Source of the DNA: Octopus sinensis
Lineage: Eukaryota
Direction: 5' to 3'
Length of the DNA: 64,000 bases
Assembly: GCF_006345805.1 (NCBI RefSeq)
Contig: NC_042999.1
Span: 130,014,001 to 130,078,000 of the forward strand
Below are positions 11,915 to 23,735 of this stretch, piece by piece. Below the pieces are notes generated by a model. The model was not told the DNA's origin, searched no databases, and was given only the letters and a program-made list of their open reading frames with translations. A program made the position numbers and the translations under genes. Position 1 is the first letter of the stretch. Each line of letters starts with the position of its first letter.

Positions 11915-14900
11915 ATTGCGGGTGCTTTTCAAGATATATCAAAAAAGTATTGTATGCTGCTGTATCAATTAGATTGAAAAACATTGGCCACCTTCATGTA
12001 CCTTGTCTCACTGAATAGTATATAATCAGCAGGTCAAAGGTGTCATAGAAATTTCCAAACTTAAAGGAAAACTTGAGAACATGTTTCTTCATACGAATTT
12101 ATTATTTTTATTTATAAAATAATAAAAACTGTCAACAGGGTCACAGTGGTCTAGTCTATGTTTCCCATGGAACTTTTTAAACTTTAAAGCCCAAACTCAA
12201 AATGATTTTTATTTTAAACCGAAAACCTTAGGATAAGAGTTCAAAATATAGTGTTGATCTACATCACCATTGATTTAAATTAAGTAATTTTTAAAAATAA
12301 AAATGGCTTTGACACAAAAAGAACCACTGCAGTCACTTCCATGTTTTTGAGGGTTAATATCTAAATTGATGTGTTGATGAGGCACACCAAATGTACAGCT
12401 GGCAGAGAAACAATTTATATTTATTGATTATAACGCAGAGTTTTTTTTATCAAATTTTCTTCACTTTCTTTTAATTTTCTTAATTTAAAAACAAAGGATT
12501 TTCTCATGTTATAGTACTTTGTTCTGTTTATTTAGATAATACTAAGTTTGAAATGTTGTAAATTCATGGAGAATGATTAACAAGTGTGAAAACCAGTTCA
12601 GTGAAATGCAATTTTAGGGAGATGGATTGTTAGGAATAGGATAAAAAATAAAATAGCCTGGATATCAAGATTTGGAGAAGTGAATACAGTAAATAAGCTA
12701 ACATGGATGTAGTAAAAGACAGAGGTCACAATTGTAATGAAGATATTGTTTTATGTTAATTTATTTCAATGATAACTGTAAAATTGATTGTAGATTCAAT
12801 TTAAAATGTTGACCATTCTAATAGCAAATATCACACGAAAAAGAAAAAACTCTTTCAAAGTAAGGGATGGCAAAGGACAAAGAATTAGCATTGGTGTTCT
12901 GGAATGAAAAAGGTGTTTTCTTCAATTTGGTCATCATGCTTAATTAGATATTTGAGAAAAAAATGAAAAATATTGACTGATACTACAAGAGTGTGAAGAA
13001 AGGGAGGAGACAATATTTGTTCAATTAACCATCTTCAATAAACATTTCTAAAGATGGTAAAACAACATAAATAACAAAATATATGGAAAACAAAAAATTC
13101 TTAATGAAGAGGGAAAGGTTTTTATGGTTTTCTAATTAGTGGACTGTGCTGCTACTTTAAATTCTGGAAGTTTGAAATTAATCTTTTATTAAAACAAGCA
13201 CATTGCTAAAATTTTATAGACTACAAATGAATACAGTCATCATCATCGTTTAACATTCGTTTTCCATGCTGGCATGGGCTGGACGGTTTGACTGCAGCTG
13301 ACATCAATAAAGAATGAGGCTGAGTACCATCTCTTGGCAAGGGCCTTGTTGACCAAGTCCTGATATTTGGTTTTCTTTAGCTGGTGAGAAATATCAACTC
13401 TGTCCTCCCAGAGCACTGTAAGTTTGATCTCTTAAGTATAGTATAGATTGGCTAAATTAGAAGTGTTGTGGACAAAATGCCATCCATACATCTATGTTCT
13501 AATTAAGATCATATTGAAGTTAAATTTCCTCTTTATTCTTCCAGGACTAATAAAATAAGTTGAGAACTTGGGTATATTTAATCAGCTCTATCCACCTCTA
13601 AATTTTGAGGCTTTGTTTATATATATAAGAAATAATTCGCTTCTTTTAATGTAGAGACCTGATTACATAGTTATTTGTGTGGAAATTCTCTCTCTCCAAC
13701 ATTTCTGCTATGGGTGGCCTAAAAAGATGCTGAGCTATAAATACCAATGGTCTTAAAATCTCATCAATTACTAAATTTCTTAGAATTGTCACAGTGAACA
13801 GTAACAATTTTCAGAGAAGTAAGAAAATGGAAATGGTGAAGGGACAATAATCTGGATGTCGGTATTCAAGAAGGACTTTTGCAAATAGAGAAAACAAGCT
13901 TTTAATATAAGAAAGAATTAACTGGCATTCCCTCAGTTACAATGATGATGGTTCCAGTTGATCCAGTCACTGGACAGCTTGCTCATGAAATTAATATGCA
14001 AGTGGCTGAGCACTCCACAGACACGCATACCCTTAATGTTGTTCCCAGAGATATTCAGTGTGACACAGAATGTGACAAGGGTGGCCTTTTGAATTACAGG
14101 TACTACTAATTTTTGCCAGTTGAGTGGACTGGAGCAACGTGAAGTAAAATGTTTTGCTCAAGGACACAATGCACTGCCAATTTTCAAACTCATGACCTGA
14201 TTACCCTAAACACTAAGTCACATGCCTTCAGTTATAAGAAAGAATAGTGTTCATTAAAACAAAAAAAACATAAACACTACCAGTATTGACATGTTTGTCG
14301 ATGTGTCATTAATACAAATATATCTGAAATTAACAGGTGTGTTAAGAGTGTGTGCCTTGTATTACAGATATATTGTTAATATAGAGATATCCTTAGTATG
14401 TGTGTCAGTGCAAGTGTTTTGGTATGATTGTGTACAGAGTAACAGATGCATTGTCATTATGTGTATAGACCTACAGCTATATAACTTGAGTCATGTCTAT
14501 AATCATGTTCATAAATATGTTTCACCTAAGGTTTGTATAGAATCACAAAGTGATAAAGTTTTGATAACAATATAGGTGTAGCAATATATTTGTGTCATCA
14601 ATATAAGTATAAAGGATAAACAAAGAAAGGTATTTTAGGAGGTCCAATATAAAATCATTAATTAGGTTATTTTCTGATGTAATCTCCACTCAGTAACATG
14701 TTTACTGATTTCTTTGATAACATATCACGTTTAACACAGTTTTTGTTTTGCTTTGAACTCAAACTGATGTTAACAATGTTGTTACCAATTAAAAAAATAT
14801 ATTTTAGTTTTACAAATTGTGGTGTTTACAAGCAAAATATCATTAATCTATTTGGTAAAATAAGCCAGAACAGTTCATGTTATTATTGTCTTTACAACAG

Positions 14901-15010
14901 CTATTTGTAAAAAAGTTGTAAAGACAATAATGTCATATAAATAATTTATAACCAGCTAGCTCTCAAGTTGTGGATTCAAGATTATTATATTATTTCTATT
15001 TATTAGGTAT

Positions 15011-15015
<5 letters not shown>

Positions 15016-15087
<72 letters not shown>
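15016..15087. repeat. (GA)n microsatellite
   Basis: Direct reading. Confidence 0.95.
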
Positions 15088-15091
<4 letters not shown>

Positions 15092-15199
15092 AATGAGATG
15101 CACATGCAGTAGGTTGGTCAAAGTGTTAGTGAAGTGAAGCCAGTGTTTTGAAGTTGTCTATGATAGAAGAATATATCCAATTAATCTTAATGTTGATAG

Positions 15200-15385
15200 A
15201 AATGCAACATTTACTGTCATTGTATAAAGTAAATTTTGAAAATTCAAGACTGAAACCTTTGAAATTACTACATTTATTAACTGATGACAAACTTTGTAAG
15301 ATGTTTCCAAGTGTTTGTGTTAATTTGAGAATATTGTTGATTATTCCAGTTACAGTACTGTTAACAGAAAGACCAATCTGTCATG
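15200..15385 (+). mobile_element. hAT transposase C-terminal dimerisation-domain remnant
   Basis: KMFPSVCVNLRILLIIPVTVLLTER resembles the hAT FPN..LRI.LT.PVT..S.ERSFS motif. Confidence 0.6.
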
Positions 15386-15469
15386 TAATTGAATTGAATT
15401 CCTTTGTTATCTGATGAATAACAAGGAATTCTTTTTTACTTTTTTGTTTCTCAAGGTACTACAGTTTAA

Positions 15470-16400
15470 CTGGCTTCCTGTTGAAGTTACACATGTTACA
15501 TTAAGTAAACTGTGGTATCAACTGGCACTGGCATTCCCTTGCAAAACTACATTGATATGGAGGCAGTTACTAGGGTTGTGGTTCACGTACTACATGCTCT
15601 AGAAAATAGGGTGAAGACTATTCATGTGTGTGCTGTAGACATGGATGTTGTAGTCAACATGGTAGGCAGATTACATGATCTGAGTGACCTTTAGAATGCA
15701 AATTGTCCCATACTCTCTGCATCCGTCATCCTCCACTGTAACCGAAGCTGACAAACCCAGCTCTCTCCACTGTAATAGAGCTTCATCAATCTCCCTGTTG
15801 GAATTAGTCAATGTTGGAGAGGAGAAGCTGTTGCCTATCAAAGGAGAGCAAACGTGGATGGAGGAAAGAAAACAGGGAAGAGATAAAGATGAGCACTTGC
15901 ACAGACCTAGATCCCCCAAATCATTTGGGCAAAGTAGCTTGGTCACAGGAGTCTGGGGAGAGTTTGACATTGACCTAGTATTCAAGTTTCCTGAATATCA
16001 AATCATCAAAGAGGGATGACAGGAATCTGTAAGAAGATTAGGAATTGACAAGTAATTCCTAAGGTAGTAAAAAAAACCTTAGTGGGGCTCAATTACTTCA
16101 AGGCTTTTTAAAAAGTTGAGGTTAGCCATTTTGGATAAAGATGAATTAATTATTGAAATTTGTGAGATTGATGCTATTACTGTTCCATTTAAACTATTCT
16201 ATGTCAACATCTGCAAAAAAGACATCAGCAGGGAGAAAATTCCAGAAGACCAATTTTCTGGAGAAGAAGGACTGGACAGTAGTTAGTGTTGAGAAAAGGA
16301 TGTTGGATGCAACAAGAGTGAAGAGAATGGAGAGAAGAGTGAGCCATGGGATGGGGCTGAGGCTGCAAGGAGCAGAGACCATTTTACAAGAAGATTTAAA
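15470..16400 (-). mobile_element. Degenerate LINE (CR1/L2-like) fragments
   Basis: Minus strand gives SFFSRKLVFWNFLPADVF (CR1-type C-terminal WN.LP motif) and an SDH-like endonuclease remnant near 15670-15690. Heavily disrupted. Confidence 0.35.
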
Positions 16401-17860
16401 TGGTTAAAGATAATAGTAAAAAAAAAAAAAATGGACCACTCATATACATTAAAAATAGAAGGGACTTTTTAACCTTTTCTCATGAACAGTAAGATTATAA
16501 AGGACTCAAAAATTCAAAAACTTGATAATGACTGCAGCAGGAAGCCTTAATTCTTGTTCCTTTACAATGTCTCAGAAAATTCCACTCACAAGATAAACAT
16601 TCCTTGTTTTAAAAGTGGCTGAGTTCCTTTTGAGCATTGGGCCTCAGGGAGGCAAAGTGGCTGAGCTTTCAAGTGTTGGGCCTCATGGAGGCAATGACTG
16701 AGACCTTTGGCATTATGTTGTACATGAGAAGAAGACCCATTAAGCCAAGTAAAATCACTGTCGTGACAGATACTGGTGTCACGCAAATGGCATCCGTGCT
16801 GATGGTACGTAAAAGCACCCATTACACTCTCAGAGTGGTTGGAGTTAGGAAGGGCATCCAGCCATAGAAAATCATGCCAAATCAGACTGGAGTTGGTGCA
16901 GCCTTCCAGCTTACCTGCCCTGGTCAAACCATCCAACTCATGCTAGCATGGGCAATGGATGTTAAATGATGATGATGATGAACATCAGTAACATGGTATG
17001 AAGTGTCTCACACAATGCAGTAAGAAATTTACTACACAAATTTTGTCTCTCAATTCTCATATATTGTACCATGAAAACTAACTATAAAGTATTAACTTTC
17101 ACAATTCTCCATGCTGCCAAGAGTTTTAGAAGAATGTCATTTGAGATGATACCTGAATGCTAATGATATTTGTAGTTTGCAGTTTTCTTTCTTCAGAGAA
17201 ATAAAATAATATTCCAGAAAATTGTTTTATTGGCATTTTTATAAGTTGGCCAACACGGACAGTGAAGCCTGGTGTAATCTTCTGCCTAGCTAGCTCCTAT
17301 CAAACCCTCCAATGCATACCAGCATGAAAAACGAACATTAGATGATGATGATGATATAGTTCTCTAAGTTGACTGACTGCTATATTTAGCACTTGTATTT
17401 AATCTTTCCATATTTCAATGAAAGTGATAACAGCTTTTGAAATATAATATTCTTTTTCTTTTTTACTCATTTCAATTGGTGCTGGGGTTCCGCTTTGAAA
17501 GGTTAATGTAATCAACTTGACCCCCAGTATTTATTTTATTTGTCTTATTGTGCCAAACTGCTAAATCACAGGAATGTAAACAAACCAATGGTTTGTCACA
17601 TGATGAGAAACAGGCACTAGGATGCATACACACACACATGGCAGGTCTCTGCATTTATGAGTTCAGGCATAGAAGTCATTTCCCTATGGAGCTGTCCGGG
17701 ATGGGGTGCTAAACTGAAAAAGAAAATATTAAAAAAATGGTGCGCTCTGAAATTTCAAGCTTCATTTTCTAGATATATGTGATGTGTACAGTTCTATATT
17801 TAAGAGATGAGGAATTATGTACATTATTTACTTTTGATGGATATTTGTCCTCATCTTGTT

Positions 17861-17906
17861 AACACAACGTTTTGGCTGATATACCCCCCAGCCTTCATCA
17901 AGTGTC
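17861..17906 (-). ncRNA. Core-mutated hammerhead copy in the left PLE arm
   Basis: Minus strand reads GACAC-TTGATGA-AGGCTG..CAGCC-AAAA-CGTTGTGTT, so both core boxes are mutated (C3U, G12A). Confidence 0.65.
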
Positions 17907-17953
17907 TTGGGGAAATTTCGAACGTGGGTTCTCATTCCTAAGGTGTTTTTCAA

Positions 17954-17986
<33 letters not shown>

Positions 17987-18934
17987 CTAGGTCACTGTTT
18001 GGAATCTTGGGGTTTGTAGCCCGTGCTCTTAACCGCTATGCCATATGCCCATGGGCAATTATGAATTTTAGGTCTTAAAAATCTAATATTTTCCTATCCT
18101 TCCTTAATACCGGTTTCCATATGCTACTCATATCCGCACATGGTCTGCTTAGGAAGTTGTGTCCTAGCATGTGCTGCTTCTTTTAGTTTTCGTATTTTCC
18201 AGTAGTGTTCTCTGTCTATTATTTTAACTTCATCCAACTTGTTCTATATTTTTCCATACATGATCAGCTATACCTGATTTATCAATATCTCCTTGTGTTA
18301 CAGCTTTGCAATATTTGTCTACCCTTATTTTGAGGGTGGCGGCATGTTTCGCCTTTGTATAACCTACCACTGCTGCATGGGATGGAGTACATGCAGTTTT
18401 TGGTCATATTCCTTTGAGTAAAACCACCAATAGAAAAGAATATGACCAAAGACTGCGTGTACTCCATCCCATGCAGCTGTGGTAGGTTATACAAAGGTGA
18501 AACATGCCGCTCCCTTAAAATAAGGGTAAACGAACATCACAAAGCTGTGACACGAGGAGATATTGATAAATCGGGTATAGCTGATCATGTATGGAAAAAT
18601 GGAGATCACCTCCCCCTGTGGGATGAAGTTAAAATAATAGAGAACACCACTGTAAAAAAAGAAGCAGTGCATATGTTAAAACACAACAACCTCCTAAGCA
18701 GACCGAGTGCAGATATGAATAGCATATGGGAACCGGTATTAAGGAAGGATAGGAAAGTATTAGATTTATACGACCTAAAATTTACTCCATAATTACCCAC
18801 GGGCATTGTGGTTAAGAGTGCGGGCTACTAATCCCAAGATTCTGAGTTCGATTCCAAGCAGTGACTTGAATAATAATAATAATAACATCGAAAAATATCT
18901 TAGGATTTCGAACCCAGGTTCAAAATTTCCCCAA

Positions 18935-18980
18935 GACACCTGATGAAGGCTGGAGGGTATAACAGCCGAAACGTTGTGTT
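18935..18980 (+). ncRNA. Minimal type I hammerhead ribozyme
   Basis: GACAC-CTGATGA-A-GGCTG(gagggtataa)CAGCC-GAAA-CGTT-GTGTT. Core boxes intact, stem I GACAC/GTGTT, 5-bp stem II, palindromic stem III AACGTT. Confidence 0.75.
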
Positions 18981-19899
18981 AACAACAAACAAGATGAGGA
19001 CAAATATCCGTCAAATGTAAATAATGTATTTGTGATGTGTGTCAGTTTGTTTTCATATTAAATTCTGATATAATCATAATCTTCACCATCTGAAAGATAG
19101 TCATAAAAATGCCCATTTTCTGAAAGTTATGAGGAAACAAAGTCAAATCGCGTGAATTTTCCGAAACTCCCCTCTACATCCTCGGAAAACATTTCACAAC
19201 ACATTCCGATATAATCGGAATCTACATTATCTGATGCGTATTTGTAGAAATTTTCATTAAAAAATATTGACCCCCCCCCCGAAAGTTATGAGGAAACAAA
19301 GTCAGTGGAGGGCACACTTGTGTAAGTGTGTCACATTAATAATTTCAACATTTTCTGGACAGAAGATAAGGAAGGACAAAATAACAAACAAAATAATAAA
19401 AACCATAAAGCTGTAGTATAAACGTGAGTATTCTTGCACATACACGTACAAGGATACATATATACACTAACTAAAACTAGACATTGCTTTCATTTTCAGT
19501 CAGTACAATTTGTTTCACTTTGTCCACCATATTATATGTACAAATTTCGAAAGACCGTCCAATATTTCTGCTATGTTTAAAGTAGAAAAAATTTCGTTAT
19601 CAATTCCGTCTTTTCTGCTTTTCATATTACCTTTCTGTAGATAAATTTCAGCTCGATATTTATTTTTACTTAAAAGACAGCAACTGTATAAAGAAGTAGT
19701 TCTAGAATATTGTAGTTTGACGGGTTGGTAAAAGGGTTAAAAGAATCAAGTAGTGAAGTACCCACCCATACATTTTACTATTGTTGATTCTTAAACCAAT
19801 ATCATTATGACACAGCAATTTTGCTCTAGCCACTCTCTTTGTTACAACTCCTCTCCCATTCCTCTTACTTGCAAAAAGTAGGAGGTGATAATATCTGCT

Positions 19900-20010
19900 T
19901 TCTGATTGGTGAGGCTGACAAATCAGAATTTAGCGCTAATTCAGGTTAGACGAGTTGCTGCATCAGTCAGTGAACGGATCTTCCTTGTTTGTATCGCTTG
20001 TTTGGTAAGT
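19900..20010 (+). promoter_or_regulatory. Putative TGR promoter and short non-coding first exon (about 19965-20004)
   Basis: Reverse CCAAT box (GATTGG 19904-19909), Inr-like TCAGTC at 19963, consensus donor TTG|GTAAGT at 20004/20005, at the start of a CpG-retaining region. Confidence 0.5.
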
Positions 20011-20278
20011 CAACTTCTCAGAATATCGAATGTAAACTATCCTTCACAACGTTTAAACATTTGGTTATTAGAATTTAGGTAGTTAGTGTCTCTGTTATCG
20101 CTAACCATATTGCTATTAAACATGATAGTGTTGTTTTTAAAAGTAAGATAACTATATATAATACATTTTTCTGGTTATGGACGAAAAACTATGGTTTAAT
20201 CACGATGTCTACTTTTAACAGACAGCAAGAGTAGGGTTAAAATTGTTTACTTAACATGTACTCTCGTAAGTTTAGTTG

Positions 20279-20334
<56 letters not shown>

Positions 20335-23300
20335 TCACACTTTAGCTTAACGAGTTTAGATAAGTATAATTTTTTATCTTGTGGATAATCAGGTATCGTT
20401 TGGTCACATGAATGTCAAATCGCCAGCTCATCTCTTGTGTCGCCTTTATACATTCATTGTATTTTAAATTTCTCCTGTTAATATTACCTGTAGGACTGCG
20501 AGGTAGCAGCATTTCGTCTTTCTTTACTTTCTGAGTTCAAATGCCAGCGAAGTCGACTTTACTTTATTTTTCCTGGTCGATAAAATAAGTACCAGCTAAG
20601 CACTGGTGTCGATGTAATCAATTTTCTCCCTCCCACGAAATTGCCGGTTTTGTACCAAAATTTGAAACCTATATTATCAATCTACCTTCCTCTTTTCTGT
20701 TTATTTCGCCAGCTATTAACAGTCCTTGTAATTCATTTTATGAAGTGTTCAAAATATCTCTTTTACTGTATCTAATAGAATTTTCGACTTCGACAGTGCT
20801 AATCAGGCTGTCAGTATCGTTAGTGTATCGGACAAAATGCCTTCGGTATTTGTAAATTACGCCTGATTCTAAGTTGAAATCTCCTCGAAGTCATCGTCAA
20901 GTCTATTCTTGAACATTTACGCTTCATACCATTACATTTTCAATTCCGAACCCATATGCCCCTAAAGCGAAAAGACCATCATAAAATAAGTACCGTCAGC
21001 TGTTGTTTCCTATAACGCACTCAAAATTTGAATGAAATTATAGGCAAGACGAATATTCTAAAATGTAATACCTAAATGTTTTTTGTATTTATTGACCTCT
21101 GTGTCAAGTGAAGCGTGAAACAAACTTATGAATTGTTTGCCGTATACTTACTGGCCTGCAATATCGTCTGTTTATTTTGTAAATTGATACCTTTAGGACC
21201 TAAAAGGATTTTTTTTTTCAGGTAAAATTGTAGATATTAAAAGAATGTTAATTTTCAAATGACACTCTATAGTCTTTAAAAGAGGAAAAGATAATTAGTT
21301 TTAGTTGCACTGTCTGAAAAATATCCAACTCGGATATTTTGCTTATAGTTCAGAGTGCTTTTTTTGTTATCGGAGGTAGTTGCATTTTCTGTTGTTATGT
21401 ATTAATATGAAAAAGTGTCTTAATTTCACTAAAAGTTTTCAGTACTGAAAGTAAATCGATCGGACTTGCGTTTACTACTCCTGAGAATGTTTAATCAGTT
21501 CATGTTTTATTTTAAATAAAACAAGGAAAATTTATTCAACATTTTTCAAAAGAAAAGAGGAGGGCGAATTTTGAGTTAAGGACTCTACTTTCGCCAATCG
21601 GCGGTTAGTGTAATTTCGTTTGGTAGTCAGAGAAGTTTAATTATATTAGAAAGTAGTGCTTGCGGTCTAATTTTTGGCAATTCTACAGATTGGTGCTCCA
21701 CCCCTGATTTTGTTATAACCTTCTGGAAAATACAATAGGCATAATTTTTTAAGCGAAATTTTGCAGTGATACGTTTTCGAGGGTAAAGGTTAGAACTTAT
21801 CTTTCATCCTTTGTCTTGTTTCAGTCATTAGACTGTGATCATGCTGGGGCACCGCCTTGAAGGGTTTAGTCGAACAAATCGACCACAGTGCTTGTTTTCT
21901 TAAGGTCTGGTACTTATTGTATCGGCCTCGGTCGAACAGGTAAGTTACGGGGGACGTAAACAAACCAACACCGGTTGTGAAACGGCGATGGAAAATTTTT
22001 TTTAGGTGGGTGGGCAGTTTCGGTTTATCACCCCCTGCTCTTATTAGTACCGATTTCCAGAACTTCAGCATTTTTTTACCTTTTCAGATTTATATCAGCT
22101 TTCTTTCGGTTTTGACCATAAATTGAAATTGGAAATATCGACACTCGATTCCCATGTTTTCAACAACAGAAATTTCAGCTTTCAAATTTTCACCCCATTT
22201 ACCAAAATTCTTTTTGCTTAAAAAAAAATGTGGGATGGGGATGGTGTGTGTGTGAAAAGATTTTCCAAATTTCCACACTCGAAAGTGAATTTTTGCAAAG
22301 TATCATTTAACAAGCAGCATTTTAAAGAGCCACGAGTAAACAGTCTGGATGGGGAAAAGTGATGAAGAAAAAAATTAAAAAATGTTATCAAAATATACAC
22401 TCTTTAACCTACACGCACAAACGAAGGCATGGCCATGTAGTTTAGAAGTCCGCTTCTGAACCACGTGGTTTCCATGGGCAGGTGTCTTCCATGTGAGTGA
22501 CTTTAGTAAACGGAAACGGGAAGAAACTCGTCGTGTGTGTGTATATATTTTATTCTTTTACATGTTTGTCATTTGACTGTGGCCATGTTGGAGTTCTGCC
22601 GTTTAGTCGAAGAAATCGATCCCAGGACTTATTCTTTGTAAGCTTGGTACTTATCCTATTAAATTTTTTTTGCCGAACAGCTAAGTTACGGGGACGTAAA
22701 CACACCAACATCGGTTGTCAAGCGATGATGGTGGACACGCACGCATATACACACACATACACATGACGGGCTTCTTTTCTATTTCCGTCCACCAAATCCA
22801 CTAACAAGGCTTTGGTCGACTCGAAGCTATAGTAGAAAATACCCAAGGTGCCATGCAGTGGGACTGAACCCGGAACCACGTAGTTGGGAAGCTTCTTGCC
22901 ACACCTGCGCATATATATATAATCTTGTTTCAGTCAATTGACTGCAGACATGCTGGAGCACCGCATTAAAGGGTTTTTAAGTCTAGCAAATCGACCTCAA
23001 GACTTTTTGAAAATCTCGCATTATTCTATCCGAATCTTTTGCCGAACTGCCAAGTTATAGGGACGTCAACACAAACACCGTTTTTCAAGATGTGGTGGGA
23101 CACACATATATACATATGTATGTATATGATATATATATATAAAATATATGACAAGCTTCTTTTAGTTTCCGTTCTAACAAATCCACTCACAAAGCATTGG
23201 TGGGCCTGAGACTATAGTAGAAGACACTTACTCAAAGTGGACATGCAATGGGACTGAACTCGGAATATATGTGTCCTTGTCCTAATTTTCTCACGATAAT

Positions 23301-23520
23301 TGTAAACTCACGTCACCATGCAAGCGGTGTTCCTTGTTTCCAGTCTTCCATGAAAACGAGTCCGTCCATAGGTAAATATTACCTTGCCTGGAAACAAACG
23401 AGGGTTGGTGACAGGAAATGCTTCTGACCGTGCAAAATCTCCCTCAAGAATTCAGTCTGATCCATTCAAGCGTGGTAAAGTTTACATTAAAACGAGAATG
23501 ATTGAATGTATATATATAGT

Positions 23521-23735
23521 ACAAGGAGAACAAGAATAACAGTCGGCTGCAGCAACCAGTCTACCTCACGAGTCTCATTTCTCAGACGGGTCACCGTTAT
23601 CCCGATAGTGCGGAGTCCAAGAACATCTGAGGTCTCAACGGTGCCGAGCAGAAACTGATAGCGGCCGGTCAGGCCCTTGTATTTATTTATTTTTCTCTCC
23701 TCTACGTTGCGGGCAGCAAGGTTGACGCAGGAGAT
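23521..23735 (-). mobile_element. Restriction-like-endonuclease LINE (CRE/R2-superfamily) C-terminal remnant
   Basis: Open frame without Met: ISCVNLAARNVEERKINKYKGLTGRYQFLLGTVETSDVLG..RLRNETREVDWLLQ. Resembles the CRE-type A..AE..K..KY..L..Y.F.P...ET.G..G tail. Confidence 0.55.

Larger units (their letters stand above)
17785..19028. mobile_element. Penelope-like element: inverted pair of GIY-YIG + 3' terminal-repeat segments
   Basis: 18442-18792(+) encodes CVYSIPCSCGRLYKGETCRSLKIRVNEH, a PLE GIY-YIG endonuclease. The same sequence is on the minus strand at 18100-18411. Arms 17820-18411 and 18438-19028 are reverse complements around a 26-nt spacer. Confidence 0.9.
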
